NCBI GenBank assembly: GCA_051362555.1
Contig: CM120645.1
Span: forward strand, 1,240,001 to 1,304,000
Length of the DNA stretch: 64,000 nt
Direction: 5' to 3'
Source of the DNA: Lingula anatina
Taxonomy: Eukaryota > Animalia > Brachiopoda
Shown here: positions 9,701 to 23,172 of the stretch, piece by piece
Layout of the letters: every line of letters starts with the position of its first letter
Position numbering within the stretch: the first letter of the stretch is position 1
The notes under the pieces: generated by a model
Database searches by the model: none
The model's input: the letters and a program-made list of their open reading frames with translations, nothing else
What the model was told of the DNA's origin: nothing
Made by a program: the position numbers and the translations under genes

Positions 9701-12700
9701 TACATATTTCTCATGTAGTTGACTGTTAGCACAAATATTTATGTTAAAGACAGCGATAGATGTACATTCGACATTTGATATCTTGTTAATGATATTTGTG
9801 GAGCAACAGATTGTTATGCTAGCGTTTTGTTGGGCGTCCGAGTTGGATGGGTTAATTCAGATCACTCCCGAGTTAAGAGTGGGCGAGAGAAAGTGGACAG
9901 TTACAGAGTTATTACCTCGAGTATCTGAAATCTTGACATCACAATTTGTTTTGTAAAAGACTGAGCATCTTAGTCTTGAGTTGGTATCTATACGTGTAGA
10001 ATTTTCAGAAATTGCTTTTTTTTCCACCTGGGAGGAGCGATCTGTGCCCATTGCCTAGAAGGCATTTGTACACGTAGCTGGTATTTCGTGGATGGTATCA
10101 TTTATAAACGGAACATCCCCGTAGAAATTGCATCTTGTACTTGTTATTTATTTCATTCCTGCTTCTAGTGTCAAGGTAGCGTGTTTGTCACTGTATTGTA
10201 ACATTCGAAACGCCTCGGTCGATTCCTTGACTCCCGATTTGGAGACGAAATTGACCGAGGCTGGCTGAGTGTTTGATGTAATTTCTAGAGGACCAATCAG
10301 GTAGCAGCAATATGGTTGCTAGCGTAATGACGTTGGTAGTCGTATGTAGACAATAAAAACAAAATAGAAATACAAAATCGAGCGTGTTTGTTGTTGACAT
10401 ACCCACTTTTTTTATCTGGTAAAACACGGTATAAAGCCGTGTAAAAACTAATAATTTTATTTACAAGTTTAAATACAAATTTTGATAATACTCTAGCCGA
10501 TCAAAATTGATTTCTCAATAAAATTTTATTATACAGAGAGAAAGAATATAATTTTGTCTCGAAATACGCCACCAACCTGGTATTGAAACAATTTCATTCT
10601 TTCCTAAATACAATATACTAATGACGCTTCTCATTAATTCAAAACTATCCAATTGCGTTTCCAGCTTGGGATGGTCAAAACTTAACGCAAAGTAGTGTTC
10701 CTAAATTATAAATATCAAATAATTATTCCTATATGTACCTTTAAATGTTGATCTCATTAATTTTATATCCGTATCTCAAGGTTTAACTATATCTAATCAA
10801 ACAATTTTATTATCACATTTTTTATCGGCGAATTGGAGCTCAATTTCAAGCTACGTTTTGTTTTGTTTTTTTTTGTTTTGTTTTTTTTTCTCCAACAATC
10901 TAGCCTTAATGTATAGATTTTACATGCATATTTTAGACAATTATTGAACATTATGGAATGGAGTTTTACCATACAAAAGGTGACTTGGATAGATATATCT
11001 CTTTTAAGTTTCATTTCAATGCTAAAAGAGAACTTTTTCTATCAACATTAACCCTCTCCTCTCCCTGTCACCGCCACGTCTTCCCGTAGAGTTCAGAAGA
11101 AAATATAGACGTCCAGATCTTTAATTAGATTTATTTTATTTTTTCGTTTTTTAAAGTCCAAAAGAGGAAAGTTAAGTAGTTTTGAAGTTTACGTAGACAT
11201 GGAAAATATATATTTTGGGACATTTTAAAGCATTATCAGTACAGTATATCTTTGTGTTATCTGAACCAATCAATATACGTGTACATGTATCCAGATCAAT
11301 TGTTGTATTAGATTATCATTTGCATCCACCAGCCCGTCTTTCCAAAACTTTAAGTATAACTCTGATTCTTTTGATTATCTTTTCCTCACAAGTATATGTT
11401 AATACTGTGTCAATTTTGAAAAACTGCCAAAATCTCCTTAATGCTTGAATAAAATGGTTCAGAGTCCAGTTTGACGTAAAATTTGCCTTGACACGAGGCA
11501 AACATTGCTCTTCTCAGTCTTGATGAAACTATTCAAGATGTTTGATAAGACAAAAGAATATTTTCAAGGTGGGTTTTCTTCCCCTGTGATCATATTTTTG
11601 AGTATATAGGACTCAGTGAAGCACACAGGAGTCGCTGACCAGTGGTCTTGCACGTGTTTGACCAGGGAAGGCTCTCCGTCACACTGTAAACTGGAGCCTG
11701 GCTGTCTGAAGAACTTTACAGGTTATTCATTTGAATATTTCGTATAATATTTGAGAGTTGAAATTCCATTTATAAATATGATTTATTTATTTATTTAATT
11801 TTTTGTTTAATTATTTCATGAATGTAGCATTATCAACAAAAACATTCAAGGCCGATGTTTTAGATCTTTGTGCATGGTTTTTAAATTTCTGTTAAAATTG
11901 TTTTGCATTGCAGCATGAACAGCATGCGCTGTGGCAGCTATGGGGATAGTTTCTAATAAAGAGGAGAGGATTTCAGATGTCAAAGAAGGTCTACTTTTAC
12001 TGTTCTTGCGTCAGTATCAGCCTTCTTAGCTGAAGGTTAAGGGGTTTGTAGATAAAAAATCACTCTCAGCTGGAGCGAACCTCAGGATAGCAATACTAAA
12101 AGTATCGCAAGACCGAATTTTCATTATTTTTCCAGATAATGGCAGCGTTAGCAGCAATGTTAGAAAACGTGCGTTTCACTGTGCTATCGAAACCGTGTAC
12201 CGAGATGGCAGTAGACAACTAGGGTCATCTTTTTCAGAACGAAATTAAAGCTGCATGGCACTGGTAGAGAAAACCGACTTTTCAGTATTTCAGATATTCA
12301 TAATAGTCTTTATTGGCACTGGCACAAGATTACAGAGGCTGTGACTTGACGACGAGTACGATTTTACAAAGTACTTTAACACGAGTACCCCTCTGTCACT
12401 TTGATTCTAGAATATTGATTTACATACAATTTACTATTTGTAAGATTTGAGTCCTTTTTTTCTCTGTATAAATTTTAATCTCCACCCTTTCTCACAGTAG
12501 AAGAACATAAGTGACGTATGAAATTATAAAAATATCAGAAAGACCTGCATTAAGCCTTCAAGTTGGTTCTGTAAACTTTGTGATTTGAGGGAAAGTTGAA
12601 TAAACATAATTAAGGCACATCATAAGTTTGTCAAAATAGTCACAAAACATGGAGCAAACGTGATTTGTGGATCTAAAAGTGTACTCCCGTATCATCTGTT

Positions 12701-15700
12701 ATGGAAAATCACACGATAAGACTGTATACTTGGTAATTAGAATTCATAAATGCTTAATCCTCACACGCAAGTTGCGGTACCTTTAGAGATTGGGAAAGCG
12801 GCACCGCCTTGTTCAATTGCAGATAAAAACAAAATTAGAAAATCTTATTTGATCGTTAGGATGAAGGTGCAGCTAGACACTTTTCGTGATGACGGGATTA
12901 TCTTGAGACAAAAAAATCAGCAATGATGACAGTTTAGTCATGTGTTGTTATTTAATTATTTTTTTTTTACAATAAGTTTATGCGAACTTTTAAAAGCAAG
13001 TTACCAAATGCACTAATGCTTTTATTGTCTCCCCTCAGTACTTTAGTTTGAGGCTTTTTTTTTTTCGGGCAATGAAAATATGAAAAACTCTGAAGTTAAA
13101 TTTTGCCATAAACAAATAAGGTATGTTTTCTTTCTCAGTATGTCGCTAGGATTGAATGACTTATCCAATTTCTTTGTTTTTTCATAAGTTGAATGCTGAG
13201 ATGTTTTTAGTGCAGTCGACTTCGAAATATTTGGAATATTTGGAAACAAGACTCTTACCCTGACACAAATAGTGTGCGTTGTTGTGTAGTGATTGACCGC
13301 GAGTCGAAATGAGACTCTCGTGCTTAGAAAAATATTGAGGAAAAAAAGCCACACGGACATTGAACTTCCATAATAATTATTCAAATTCAAGGATTTTGGG
13401 GAACAAATTCTCGAAGAAATCAGTTAGTAGTTTATCGTCGTTTATGAAGAACTTGGTGCTTTGTTTTGCTACCAATCTGTATTGACTTTAAGTTGATGTC
13501 AATTGTTTTCGTGTTTGTTCGGATGAAATCGGTATTGATCATAGTTTCTGTATACATGGCGGTTTTGACGAAACGCTTGCAGTAGCTTTTAAATCGCTCT
13601 ATTTAAGCAGTTTAATACATTTATTAATACTATTTTCAGCCAGATATAATTTATCTATTTTTTGCCATATTCTAAATTTTCAATCAATCGCAGGTGTGTG
13701 TTGCCAGTGAAATGGTAACTTCCCACTCAAGGGAGAATATTAATATTGAGGGCGATATGAAACAATTAAGATGGACAAATAACTAAGAAGACAAAAGTAT
13801 TCGTGTTGCGGCATCTTCTGAAGGGACTTGGCCGTCCTTAACACGGGGGATGTCTTTATGGCAACCCTTGACCGTCTTCCAAAATAACTCAGTTGTATGT
13901 TCCTAAATACATGCTGGCTGAAAACCGCAGAGATAACGAATTGCGTTCCACCAAAAGGTTCAAATCCCGAGACGCGCGCCCAGGGAATTAACTTAGGATT
14001 TCTATTAAAACTTGCATATTAAAAGTGCAGAAATCATATACTTAATCTTCTAGTTGTTGAATTTTGATGAATCTTCTTACTCTTCTTGCGTAATAGTTTT
14101 GTTTTTGTGTGAGTTAAGGAGTGACAATGGTAGATTTCAGTTAAAACAAGTGTTCGGTTTATGGCAAGCGTTATGGGCTCATCTGTTTGGAGGAATATTA
14201 ATAATGAAGTTTTGATACTCGCACGTGCGGAAGTTGAGTTGTTAATTCTGAAAAGTAACGATTAACTTAATCTCTCTCTCTCTCTCTCTCTTTCTTTCTC
14301 TCTCTCAGTTCATTTCATTTCTAACCAGTGTTACTCCCATTCTTTTTTTTATGATTTTTGTATTTACGTCCCGCTCATTATCTATCTTCTGTAACAACAC
14401 TTAGTCTAATTCCGTTTGTCGTCCCTTTTCCATCGCTCCTTCCTGACTGAAGCCGTGTGAAGTGCCTGGAGACCTTAGAGACGTCTTCCGGTTGTTTACA
14501 ACAAACATCAACACTACTCAGAAATCATCGCCATCATCTTGCATCAGCTCCGCATCAAAAGATCGTTGAAAATCATCAAATTGTCATTTGTTCTGCATTT
14601 GGTCGTTCAGTGTTTTGTCACCGCTAAGGCGCATGCCGGGGTCGCTGACGACGCCACAATGCCGTTATCTTTTTCGCGGAGTCTTAACTTCTGGCGACTC
14701 CTTAAGACGGCGGATAGGGAACATAGATGTTGTGGCCCTAATTCTGTCAATTACAAAGAATTGGATTGATCTTTGGGTGCTTTCGATTGACATTCAAATG
14801 ATTCTTTTGTATATGACGTGACGTGCAACTTACAGGAATTTTCAAGATTACAGACGTTTTGCTATGAAAAGTTTATTTGTTTTTAAAAGCTTGATTTCTA
14901 GATGCAAATCCATCTATTACAGCAGTGTGTCACTGTGTAGTTTCTTTCTTTCTTTTTGATGAAATGGTCTATTTATTATTGAAAGCAACAAGTTTTGGCA
15001 CGAAAAAAAAAGAAAGATAGAAAGAAATGTGCTCTCCCACAAAAATTATTTTTTGCCCAAAATGGAACAAGTTTAGCATCCCCAATTTTCATTGAATTCA
15101 ATATATCTCTGTTTGTCTCCCCCCCCCCCCCCCCCCCCCCCCCCCCGCCCACTCTCTCATCAAGCTAGGTCTTGGTGAACTGTCAGGTTGTTTGACTGCC
15201 ACTAGGTGTGAAGTTATTGGCTTGCGTTTTTCTCACGTACGTTTTCCCCTATTCTAAACCACAAATCTCACGCACTCAACAGTGACCCTTGAAGTGCGAT
15301 TTGAGCAGCGTTCAATCAAGGTAAATGCTATATCTGTTATTGATACATAGTCCCACAATACTTGCACACAACTTTAATGTCCTGCAACTGATTTGGGCAG
15401 ATTACGATCACCATTATTATTTTCAGTTGTGCAATATTTTACGATGGCCATTTATAAATGATGACTTTGACCCAACCAGATTAACCCAACCAGATTTATA
15501 GAATCAGAATTGACTCCTGATTGTCACGTTAGTCTCAAACGTCATAAAAAGCTATGCTCTATACCCCCCTTCTTGCTAACCCCCGTCCCTCCAACATTCA
15601 CACTCTCGCGCACACGCACGCGCGCACAAGCATTGTCAATGTGTCATCGTCTGTTGTTATTTCCCCGGGAAGGAGGAGCAGTCTCCCACATCATGGGGAA

Positions 15701-18700
15701 GTTTACCATGCTTTCCCACCGTCTTTATTGACGCATGACCGGATAGCTAAGGCCGTAAAACCTCTGAGTAAATAACGTATTTACAGCCTGTCTATTACTT
15801 AGGTATTTATCTGTCTCTTGTGTTAAAGACCATCGATTTACGTGCCCAGTGACTGACGCCGCAGATGTAAGGGAATGCCAGGTATTCTGCCGAGATTGTC
15901 AACGTGAGGGATGAGCTGGATTCGTCGATATTGTCACTAAGATTGATAAAGAGGTGACCCCGCCCCTCCTCCTCCTCCTGTGCAAGTCTTATACCAGTCT
16001 TATCGGCTGTTGGATTCGCTCTAAGTTGTCCCGAATTCCTAAGTAATGACTAACTATTCACTCAATGAATGTGAAATGAGCCGTTAAATGACAACTAGTT
16101 ATGTGACGCATAATAAAGGTCAGATTTTAAGCAACATTTTATATTTTGTTGAAATTATTAATATGCTATATTTATATGCTAATAAATTCTCCTAATCATC
16201 AAGAATATATTGACGGATTTTCCCCTTCGTTCATTGTCTTCGATCATTTATAATGTCAATTCTATAAAGAAATTGGAGTATGATTAATAATATTTATTGC
16301 AAAAAGTACAGTATCGAGAATTTTTTTCACTTTCTCGTTGAGACCTTACTTCTTTGGGTTCTATAATGAAAAAATGCAAAACAACATATATAAGGATTAC
16401 GTGTCATGAAAATTAGAAATAAAATAAACAAATAAATATTCAGACGTTCAACCAAATTGTCATTTGTCATTTCATTAATTTTCACTTTTTTAATTGTTAT
16501 TATGTGAATGAAATCATGACAGCTGAACATGGCCCCCTACCCTGCCTTTTTTCAATAGATTGTTCTTGAAGACCTTTATCAACTTCTACCTACCGAATTT
16601 CATAAAGGAAATGGTACGTAAAACTTATTTTATTTAAAAGAAAGGGTACTTTTTTCGACGTTTATTTTCTTAATTTTAAATATTAACGATCATTTGTTTA
16701 TTTATTTATTTATTTATTTTACAAAAATTTACGTCGCCCTGCTGCTTAAGGAAGTAGCAATATTTCGGAAAACACAGCTATTTAAATGCGGCATCACATT
16801 CCGTTACAGAAGCTTTCATATTTTCAATAATGCATATTTCCCATGCGTTATCTCATTACAAATGTATTATTTCACCTTTAACTTTACATATGGCTCAATG
16901 AAGTGTCGTCGCATTTTACAAAAAAAAAAAAGGCCGTTCAGCCTTAACAAATGCATTATGCTTACTGACATTGAAAAATAAAATTAAAAGTATTTCTCCA
17001 CCTATCTTGCCAATTATCATTAGATCTTTTTCTTGGGATTCCTTTGTTTGAAGTCTGTTTATATGCCAACTTGGATTTCTGTGCATTAATTTAAAACAAA
17101 CAGGTCAGCATTTATTTCGGCCCGAGTACAAAGATCGTCTGCTCATGTCCTATCAGTTGTCGTGGTCAAACATCTCCATTGTCCACAATGTGTCCGCGTA
17201 ATGATTGCGGTATAATATCCCTCTAAACACCGATTTGTTGACAAAGGGGGGTTGTTTACCTCCCCTCCAGCCACCTCCAGACAACTCTATCATTGCAACC
17301 ACCGCGTAGTATTGGTATATGATTAACTGTTCAAGATAGGAACTTCATTAAGTAATCTCTTCCAGATCATCCGCGTCCCGGGATGGGATAAGGAGGCTCT
17401 GCGTTCGATAACCGTCTTAAGTCAGACGTCTTTAAACAACTTGTATTGGGTAATGCCGAGCTTATATTTTGACTCCCGTAAACTTTGTACTTGACTTGGA
17501 CTAGATACATGCTCATATACAATGTTTTAGGATATTATGTTAATCGTGGAATTTACCCGGTGAAAAAATAACATGGCGGCCTCTTTAGAAGTTGGAGGTG
17601 TTTGCGAGAATTCCGCTCCCTTTGGCTGTGAAACGTGGGTGGAGTGGACCGAATGAGATTTTAGGATATTAAAAGAACTCTCATGATGCATGGAAATTAT
17701 ACAAAGACGTAAAAAGAAAATAACGGCATTTACCTTGATAATGAATCCATGTTATATTTTATATTATGTAAATATAAAATCCAATATTTCATGAAAAAAA
17801 AAAAGAATCTGAAGTCTTTCGCGAGAGAATTATGTTTGATGGCATTTGAAATTAACAATTAGAGTACTAATTCTAGAAAACTACATGATATACTTGTATT
17901 GATTTGCAATAAAAGTTTAGTCCATATGCAACGTGTATTTTATGTCTAATCGTTCAGCAATTTTGTTTGTAGGTTTGAGAAGTATAAACATCTAACAAAA
18001 TAAATAGCCCTTTACTTTTACCCCCTGCAAAATATTTTTCTTCAACATTCAAAATTTAAAACACACAAAACAACTGAACACACACATTGACATTCACATT
18101 ACTAATTCTTGAGATATTACCTATAACAATAATACTGTCACCAAAATGTCATAAAAATGTCAAGGCAGACAGGTCAACGTTGTCAGGAGAGAAAGAATTG
18201 ACAGGTATTCCTTCTCAATGATTGCCTCTTTCCTTGACGGAGGTCGGTGTCTTTGGTGCACTCACTGGTTTTTCTAGTTTTATCAAGTCTACATTTTATT
18301 ACTGATATTTATAAATATTTATTTAGTAGACGTGAATGGATGGGAACAAGAGACAAAGTGTTCTGCAGCAATATTTATTATAGAAAAATAAATACGATGT
18401 TTTCATATAGACGTGTATATTCAACGCGAATTACAGCAAGAAGAAATAAATAAAGTCAAATGGCAAAGGTTTAGAAGAACGTGGGTGAGATAAACCAGTA
18501 TAATTACATACATTATAACACAAATAAACGTGAAAAAAATATAGTTAGCCCAATTATGCAATGTAAAATGAACATTAGGAACCTGGGTAAACGCCCCAAA
18601 ATCAACTTTATCATTGATTCAGTGCTACTCCTTGCACCAAATCATGTCACAAAATTCCTTGTTTATCCTCGGCCTATCCACTCGAGTAGGAAGTTGTTCT

Positions 18701-19944
18701 TATCATTATGTTACAAATTAATTAATTGCAAAATAATAGGCGTTATATTTCCCACGAGTAATCATTCTGATGCACCCATTTTCAACGTCGGTGACTTCAA
18801 ACGCGGGGTTAAGTCCATCAGGTATCGTCTCTTTGTCTTAGCGGTCTCACTTAGAGTGGGGAGTTGTCCTAACTGTTCGTTGAGGGGGTTCAAAGAGACT
18901 GATCGCCCGAAGTGCGCTTAATCTCGCAGTTTATATCTCTTTAAAGCTAGACAAGGTATATTACACGCAGATTTGGGGCTTGTAGAGTCGTTTGATTAAA
19001 CACAAGTCGACTGACTGAAGTTGGTGAAGTTCTATTGTAGGTGAAGTGATGCTTTGCTGTTAAATGTTTTAGTTTTAAACTTTCTAAGATTTCATTTTCA
19101 AAAACAGCTCAACACAAAACTTTATATATGACAAGTTTTGGTAATTCTTTAACTTATGATGATTATAAATTAAAATTTGACAAAATTATGGAGGAAGTAC
19201 CTCAGGAGTATGTTAAAAATAGAAGGGCAGTAGTAGGGGGCCTAAATGTGAAATTATCTAGGACTTGCACTTTTCGAAAAAGCAGCTAGAAACTTTCCTC
19301 AAATCTGTATTTGCAGAGCGTTCGCCTTCCATACGTCTTAATTCGTAGTCGGATTAACCCTGTCAGTATTTATCATTTCCTATCATTTGACCATCCGAAC
19401 TTCCAACAAACTGGTACAAGACAATCTGTCACATTATCTCTGTTATAGATAGACCCAGTGTCAACAGCAACCTGCCAGAACAAACACACTGCATCTCATT
19501 ATGGTTGTAATCTTACTTCTGTTGTTTTCAAGGACAGGAATGCTTGTCAGTGTGCGTGTGTGCGCGTACTTGCGTGCGTACGTGTATGTCAGGTATGCTC
19601 ATGGTTGTTTTAGTTCTAACTGGTCACGGTAGAACAGTGAATAATTGTATGAATGAAATTTCATTGTGAAGATACAAATCAACATATAACCTTCTTTTTC
19701 AAAAAAGAGAAAATACGTAGTATGCTTTGATTGCTAAATAAAGAATACTAACAAAGGGAAGAAAACGAAAATAAAAAAGTCCCGGGTAGCGATATGGGAA
19801 TCACGGAGAAAAAAGAAAAGAAAATTTCTCAGCGCTGCCACCTTCTTCGCTTCCGACTATGTGTTTGTTGCCCCAGACTTCGGCACATCTTAGCAATTAT
19901 CGTAATCAAACACTTTTAAACACGAATTTAGGAGGACATATCCC

Positions 19945-20150
19945 TCTTGATTGACGTGTCAAGTGCGGGATAGGCGACCAACTTTCGGCCAATCAGAGGA
20001 CGGAATTCCATCAATGCCAAAGCCCAAGAGGAGAGATCAAATATTTAAAATCGTTGAGATTATTAGCTGGTTAATTCTCAATCTAATCCAATGTTTAGGT
20101 AGCACACGCAGAGCGATTCAGTAGCAAAGGTGTGCACACATATATATCCC
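19945..20150 (+). promoter_or_regulatory. Putative FoxQ2 proximal promoter
   Basis: GGCCAATCAG CCAAT box at about 19987-19996, a TGACGT half-CRE at about 19952 and a TATA-like atatatat at about 20140, upstream of the ATG at 20288. Confidence 0.45.
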
Positions 20151-20287
20151 ATCTCTAGTCGCCATCATTGGAGCAGTTCTAGAGGAGAACTTGAGCAGAC
20201 GGCTACTTTCATTGAACGTTTCAGCTCGAAAAACAGAAATGAACGCTGTCTGACACTTCTGCTTTAACTCCAGGTTCGTGGACAACA

Positions 20288-21631
20288 ATGCAGTTTACGA
20301 CGATGCAAGGTTCGTGCTTCCAGGCCGCTCCCCCAGCACAGTACCAGTCCTCCCTCTACCGCCCGACGGACATGTTTGATTCCGCCATGAAGCTCCCACA
20401 CAGCCCCGAGCTCGGCGACGCATTCAGCAGCTGTCTCGGAATGAGCCGAGCTCCTCCGAGTTACTCGGAGTCCACGATGATCTGTGCTGCCTCCCCGCCA
20501 TTGCAGCCCATTCCAAACTCTAGCACGTCTTACTATAAGCTGGGAGGAGGCGGCGGCTGGAACGACTTCAACGTGTTCGGGACAAATTCTCCAGTGCTTG
20601 CAGATCAAAAACAGTCCTATTATGCAGACTCGAAACCTGTGTCGGGAATACAGGGCTACGGGAGTGAGGTCTCTGTCGAACAGACACATATCCTCAGCAA
20701 TCCTGCACCGCCAGAAATGAAGACAGAAGACTGCAAGCACGAGACTTCCACCGCAGACGAACAGAACAGCGTAGCAGACGACACCCCGCAAGTGACGTCG
20801 ACTGAGAAAAATGGAGGCGACATTGCGTCTTCTGCTGTGGTTTCCAACGAAGGGAACGCGGGTAACGCCGAAGAGGAAGCTCTGCAATCTCTGGACAAAC
20901 CAGAGGAGAAGACTAAAGAACAACCCTCAGACCAAAAACCGCCCTTGTCTTACATCGCCCTCATTGCCAAATCAATTTTAGAAAGCGCGGAAAAGAGGCT
21001 GAGCCTGGGCTCCATTTATAACTGGATAGAGAAACATTTCCCTTATTTTAAAAACCGGGGCCAAGGGTGGAGAAACAGCGTCCGCCATAACCTCTCTTTA
21101 AATGACTGTTTTATTAAGGCGGGACGCTGTGAGGATGGCAAAGGCAACTACTGGAGCATCCACCCGGCCAACCTCCAGGACTTCATGCGCGGAGACTTTC
21201 GTCAGAGGCGCCGTTCCCGTCGCCGTGGGAGAAAGAAGGACTGCGAATTCGCCATGCATAATGGTTACATGGGCGGTCCAGGCGCTCCCCTCTCTCCGTC
21301 CGTCTCCTTCAACCCGGCAGCCGCCCTCAGCTCTATCTACTCCCCGTACACGGAGGCCGAGCGGCGTGCCTACCGGCTGGACGAGGTCCTCTTAAGGCAA
21401 AGTATGAACAACCCTTTCATGAAGTGGTACCACAACGGCGTCAACAACACAGGGTATTCCAACACGTGCTCTTTGAACAACGCGCCCCCTCCGCCGCCTC
21501 CCTCGTGTAACTCCGGGATGTACAACCCTCCGCCACCGTGTAATAACCAGTGGCAGACCCCCAGCTACGCAGACACCAACTCCCAGTCGCTCTACCCCCT
21601 GGGGTCGTCATTCTCCAGGTTTGTTAAATAA
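20288..21631 (+). CDS. FoxQ2: FoxQ2-class forkhead transcription factor, intronless CDS, 447 aa
   Basis: Forkhead domain KPPLSYIALIAKSIL...RGQGWRNSVRHNLSLNDCFIKAGRCEDGKGNYWSIHPANLQDFMRGDFRQRRR. The LSLNDCFIKAGR, GKGxYWxIHPAN and DFxRGDFRxRR motifs are characteristic of FoxQ2. The paralog subgroup cannot be fixed by eye. Confidence 0.9.
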   Translation: MQFTTMQGSCFQAAPPAQYQSSLYRPTDMFDSAMKLPHSPELGDAFSSCLGMSRAPPSYSESTMICAASPPLQPIPNSSTSYYKLGGGGGWNDFNVFGTNSPVLADQKQSYYADSKPVSGIQGYGSEVSVEQTHILSNPAPPEMKTEDCKHETSTADEQNSVADDTPQVTSTEKNGGDIASSAVVSNEGNAGNAEEEALQSLDKPEEKTKEQPSDQKPPLSYIALIAKSILESAEKRLSLGSIYNWIEKHFPYFKNRGQGWRNSVRHNLSLNDCFIKAGRCEDGKGNYWSIHPANLQDFMRGDFRQRRRSRRRGRKKDCEFAMHNGYMGGPGAPLSPSVSFNPAAALSSIYSPYTEAERRAYRLDEVLLRQSMNNPFMKWYHNGVNNTGYSNTCSLNNAPPPPPPSCNSGMYNPPPPCNNQWQTPSYADTNSQSLYPLGSSFSRFVK

Positions 21632-22717
21632 AGCTGTCTCAGGCTGCCGCTCTTACATGTACTTTGTTGAGTGTTCAGAACTGTTGCTCTTTAAAGAAGA
21701 CTCACATCTTGTTATTTACCTATTTTCTAACATATATTGTATGATAAAATAGGTGTTTTGTGCTTCTAGGGACTGCTTTGCAAATGATATTCAGTCATAA
21801 AATCTTAAAACCGTAAAATATGGGCGAATCGAATCTATTTGTAGGAGGACATTTTGATAAAAATAGAGAATATTCAATTTAATTATAATTGATTTAATGT
21901 AAGGCATGAATTTGCCTTATTTTAGTTGGTTTGACCGAGGAGTTTGAATATTCTAGGTTAGGCCGGTGCCTAATCTTGACTTGATTTTTTTTTTCTTTTA
22001 TAAAATTGTCTCTTCTCAATGTGCTTTCAGTCAGGGACGACATTTGTCTGTTAGATCTGTCAAATATGTGTGTTGAAAGTGATTTTGTTGTCTGTTCGTT
22101 CTGTGAGTCTGAGTCGTTTGCTTTGTTCAGAAATAAGCGTTTTGCATGTTATAAAAGGCGATGTAGTGCGACTACTCTTTAAAACATTACAAAACGTGCA
22201 TCAAGTGACTGAAAATGAATTAAATTTTTTTATTTGGATTATTTTTGCCGAAATAGTTCGACGGATCATTTGATAAAAAATGTCAAAACGTAGACACAAA
22301 GTTTTTCTGATAAAAAAGATATGTTTTCAAAAGACATAGTAACTTTGTACCTCACATTCTCTGTAATAATTTCTTATTTTGGCAATGCATTCTACAACTG
22401 ATCATTTATATCAATTCAAAAAAAGTATTTTTAGAAATTATTAGCTTGTCATTTGCAGAACGGCAAAGATTTTAGTTTCTAGTCATCTAAAAACGTGTAA
22501 CTTACAATGTCTCACTATTGTCCAAACATAAGTAGTAAGGTGTACTTATAGCCCATGTGAACTCAGAGCTCGATATAAATAATCTGCATTACCAGTGCCT
22601 TGAGTGGACGTGTCTTAATTACTGAAGTGAATTGTTTGTTGTATATTTTTAAAATTTTATTTAAGAGAACGCCTTATCATTCTCCGTCCTTTAAACATTT
22701 TCCTAAGTTTGTAAAGA

Positions 22718-22718
22718 A

Positions 22719-22760
<42 letters not shown>
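22718..22760. repeat. (ATT)n microsatellite
   Basis: About 14 perfect units. Confidence 0.95.
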
Positions 22761-22761
<1 letters not shown>

Positions 22762-23086
22762 GCTGTATGACGAAAACGAAACATTGTCACAAAGAAATGT
22801 TGAACAAATCAAACTGTCAGAGACACGGTGGCAAATATTGATGTGAATCTAAATTGATACCGTATTAATGAACGCAGGTGTATTTGATTGCACCACAGAT
22901 AATTCTTGTAAATTTTTTACATAAATGATTTTATTGATTTACTATCTGTAGACATTATATCTTGGTTTTTTGTTGGCAAAATTGCTTTCTTGTCTATTTT
23001 AAAACTTGTAGTTTAATTGGGTAACTAACAGGGTTAATTTTTAGTTTTCTTTCTGAGAAGTAGTAACCTTCAGTAACAATGACGTT

Positions 23087-23172
23087 CCCAGTAAACACAT
23101 AACGTTACCATGGCGTCAATATAACAATAAAACGTTATAGTAGCGTTATAATAACGCTCTGTGTTTCCTGGG
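23087..23172. mobile_element. 86-bp MITE with CCCAG...CTGGG ends
   Basis: cccagtaaacacataacgtta versus the reverse complement of taacgctctgtgtttcctggg; flanked by tt on both sides (possible 2-bp TSD). Confidence 0.7.

Noticed and set aside
18481-18921. 146-aa ORF upstream of FoxQ2
   Set aside because: GTG start, AT-rich, no domain similarity or exon structure; likely non-coding.
20264-20923. 219-aa antisense ORF and other ORFs overlapping FoxQ2
   Set aside because: Shadow frames of a GC-rich coding region with no recognisable motifs.
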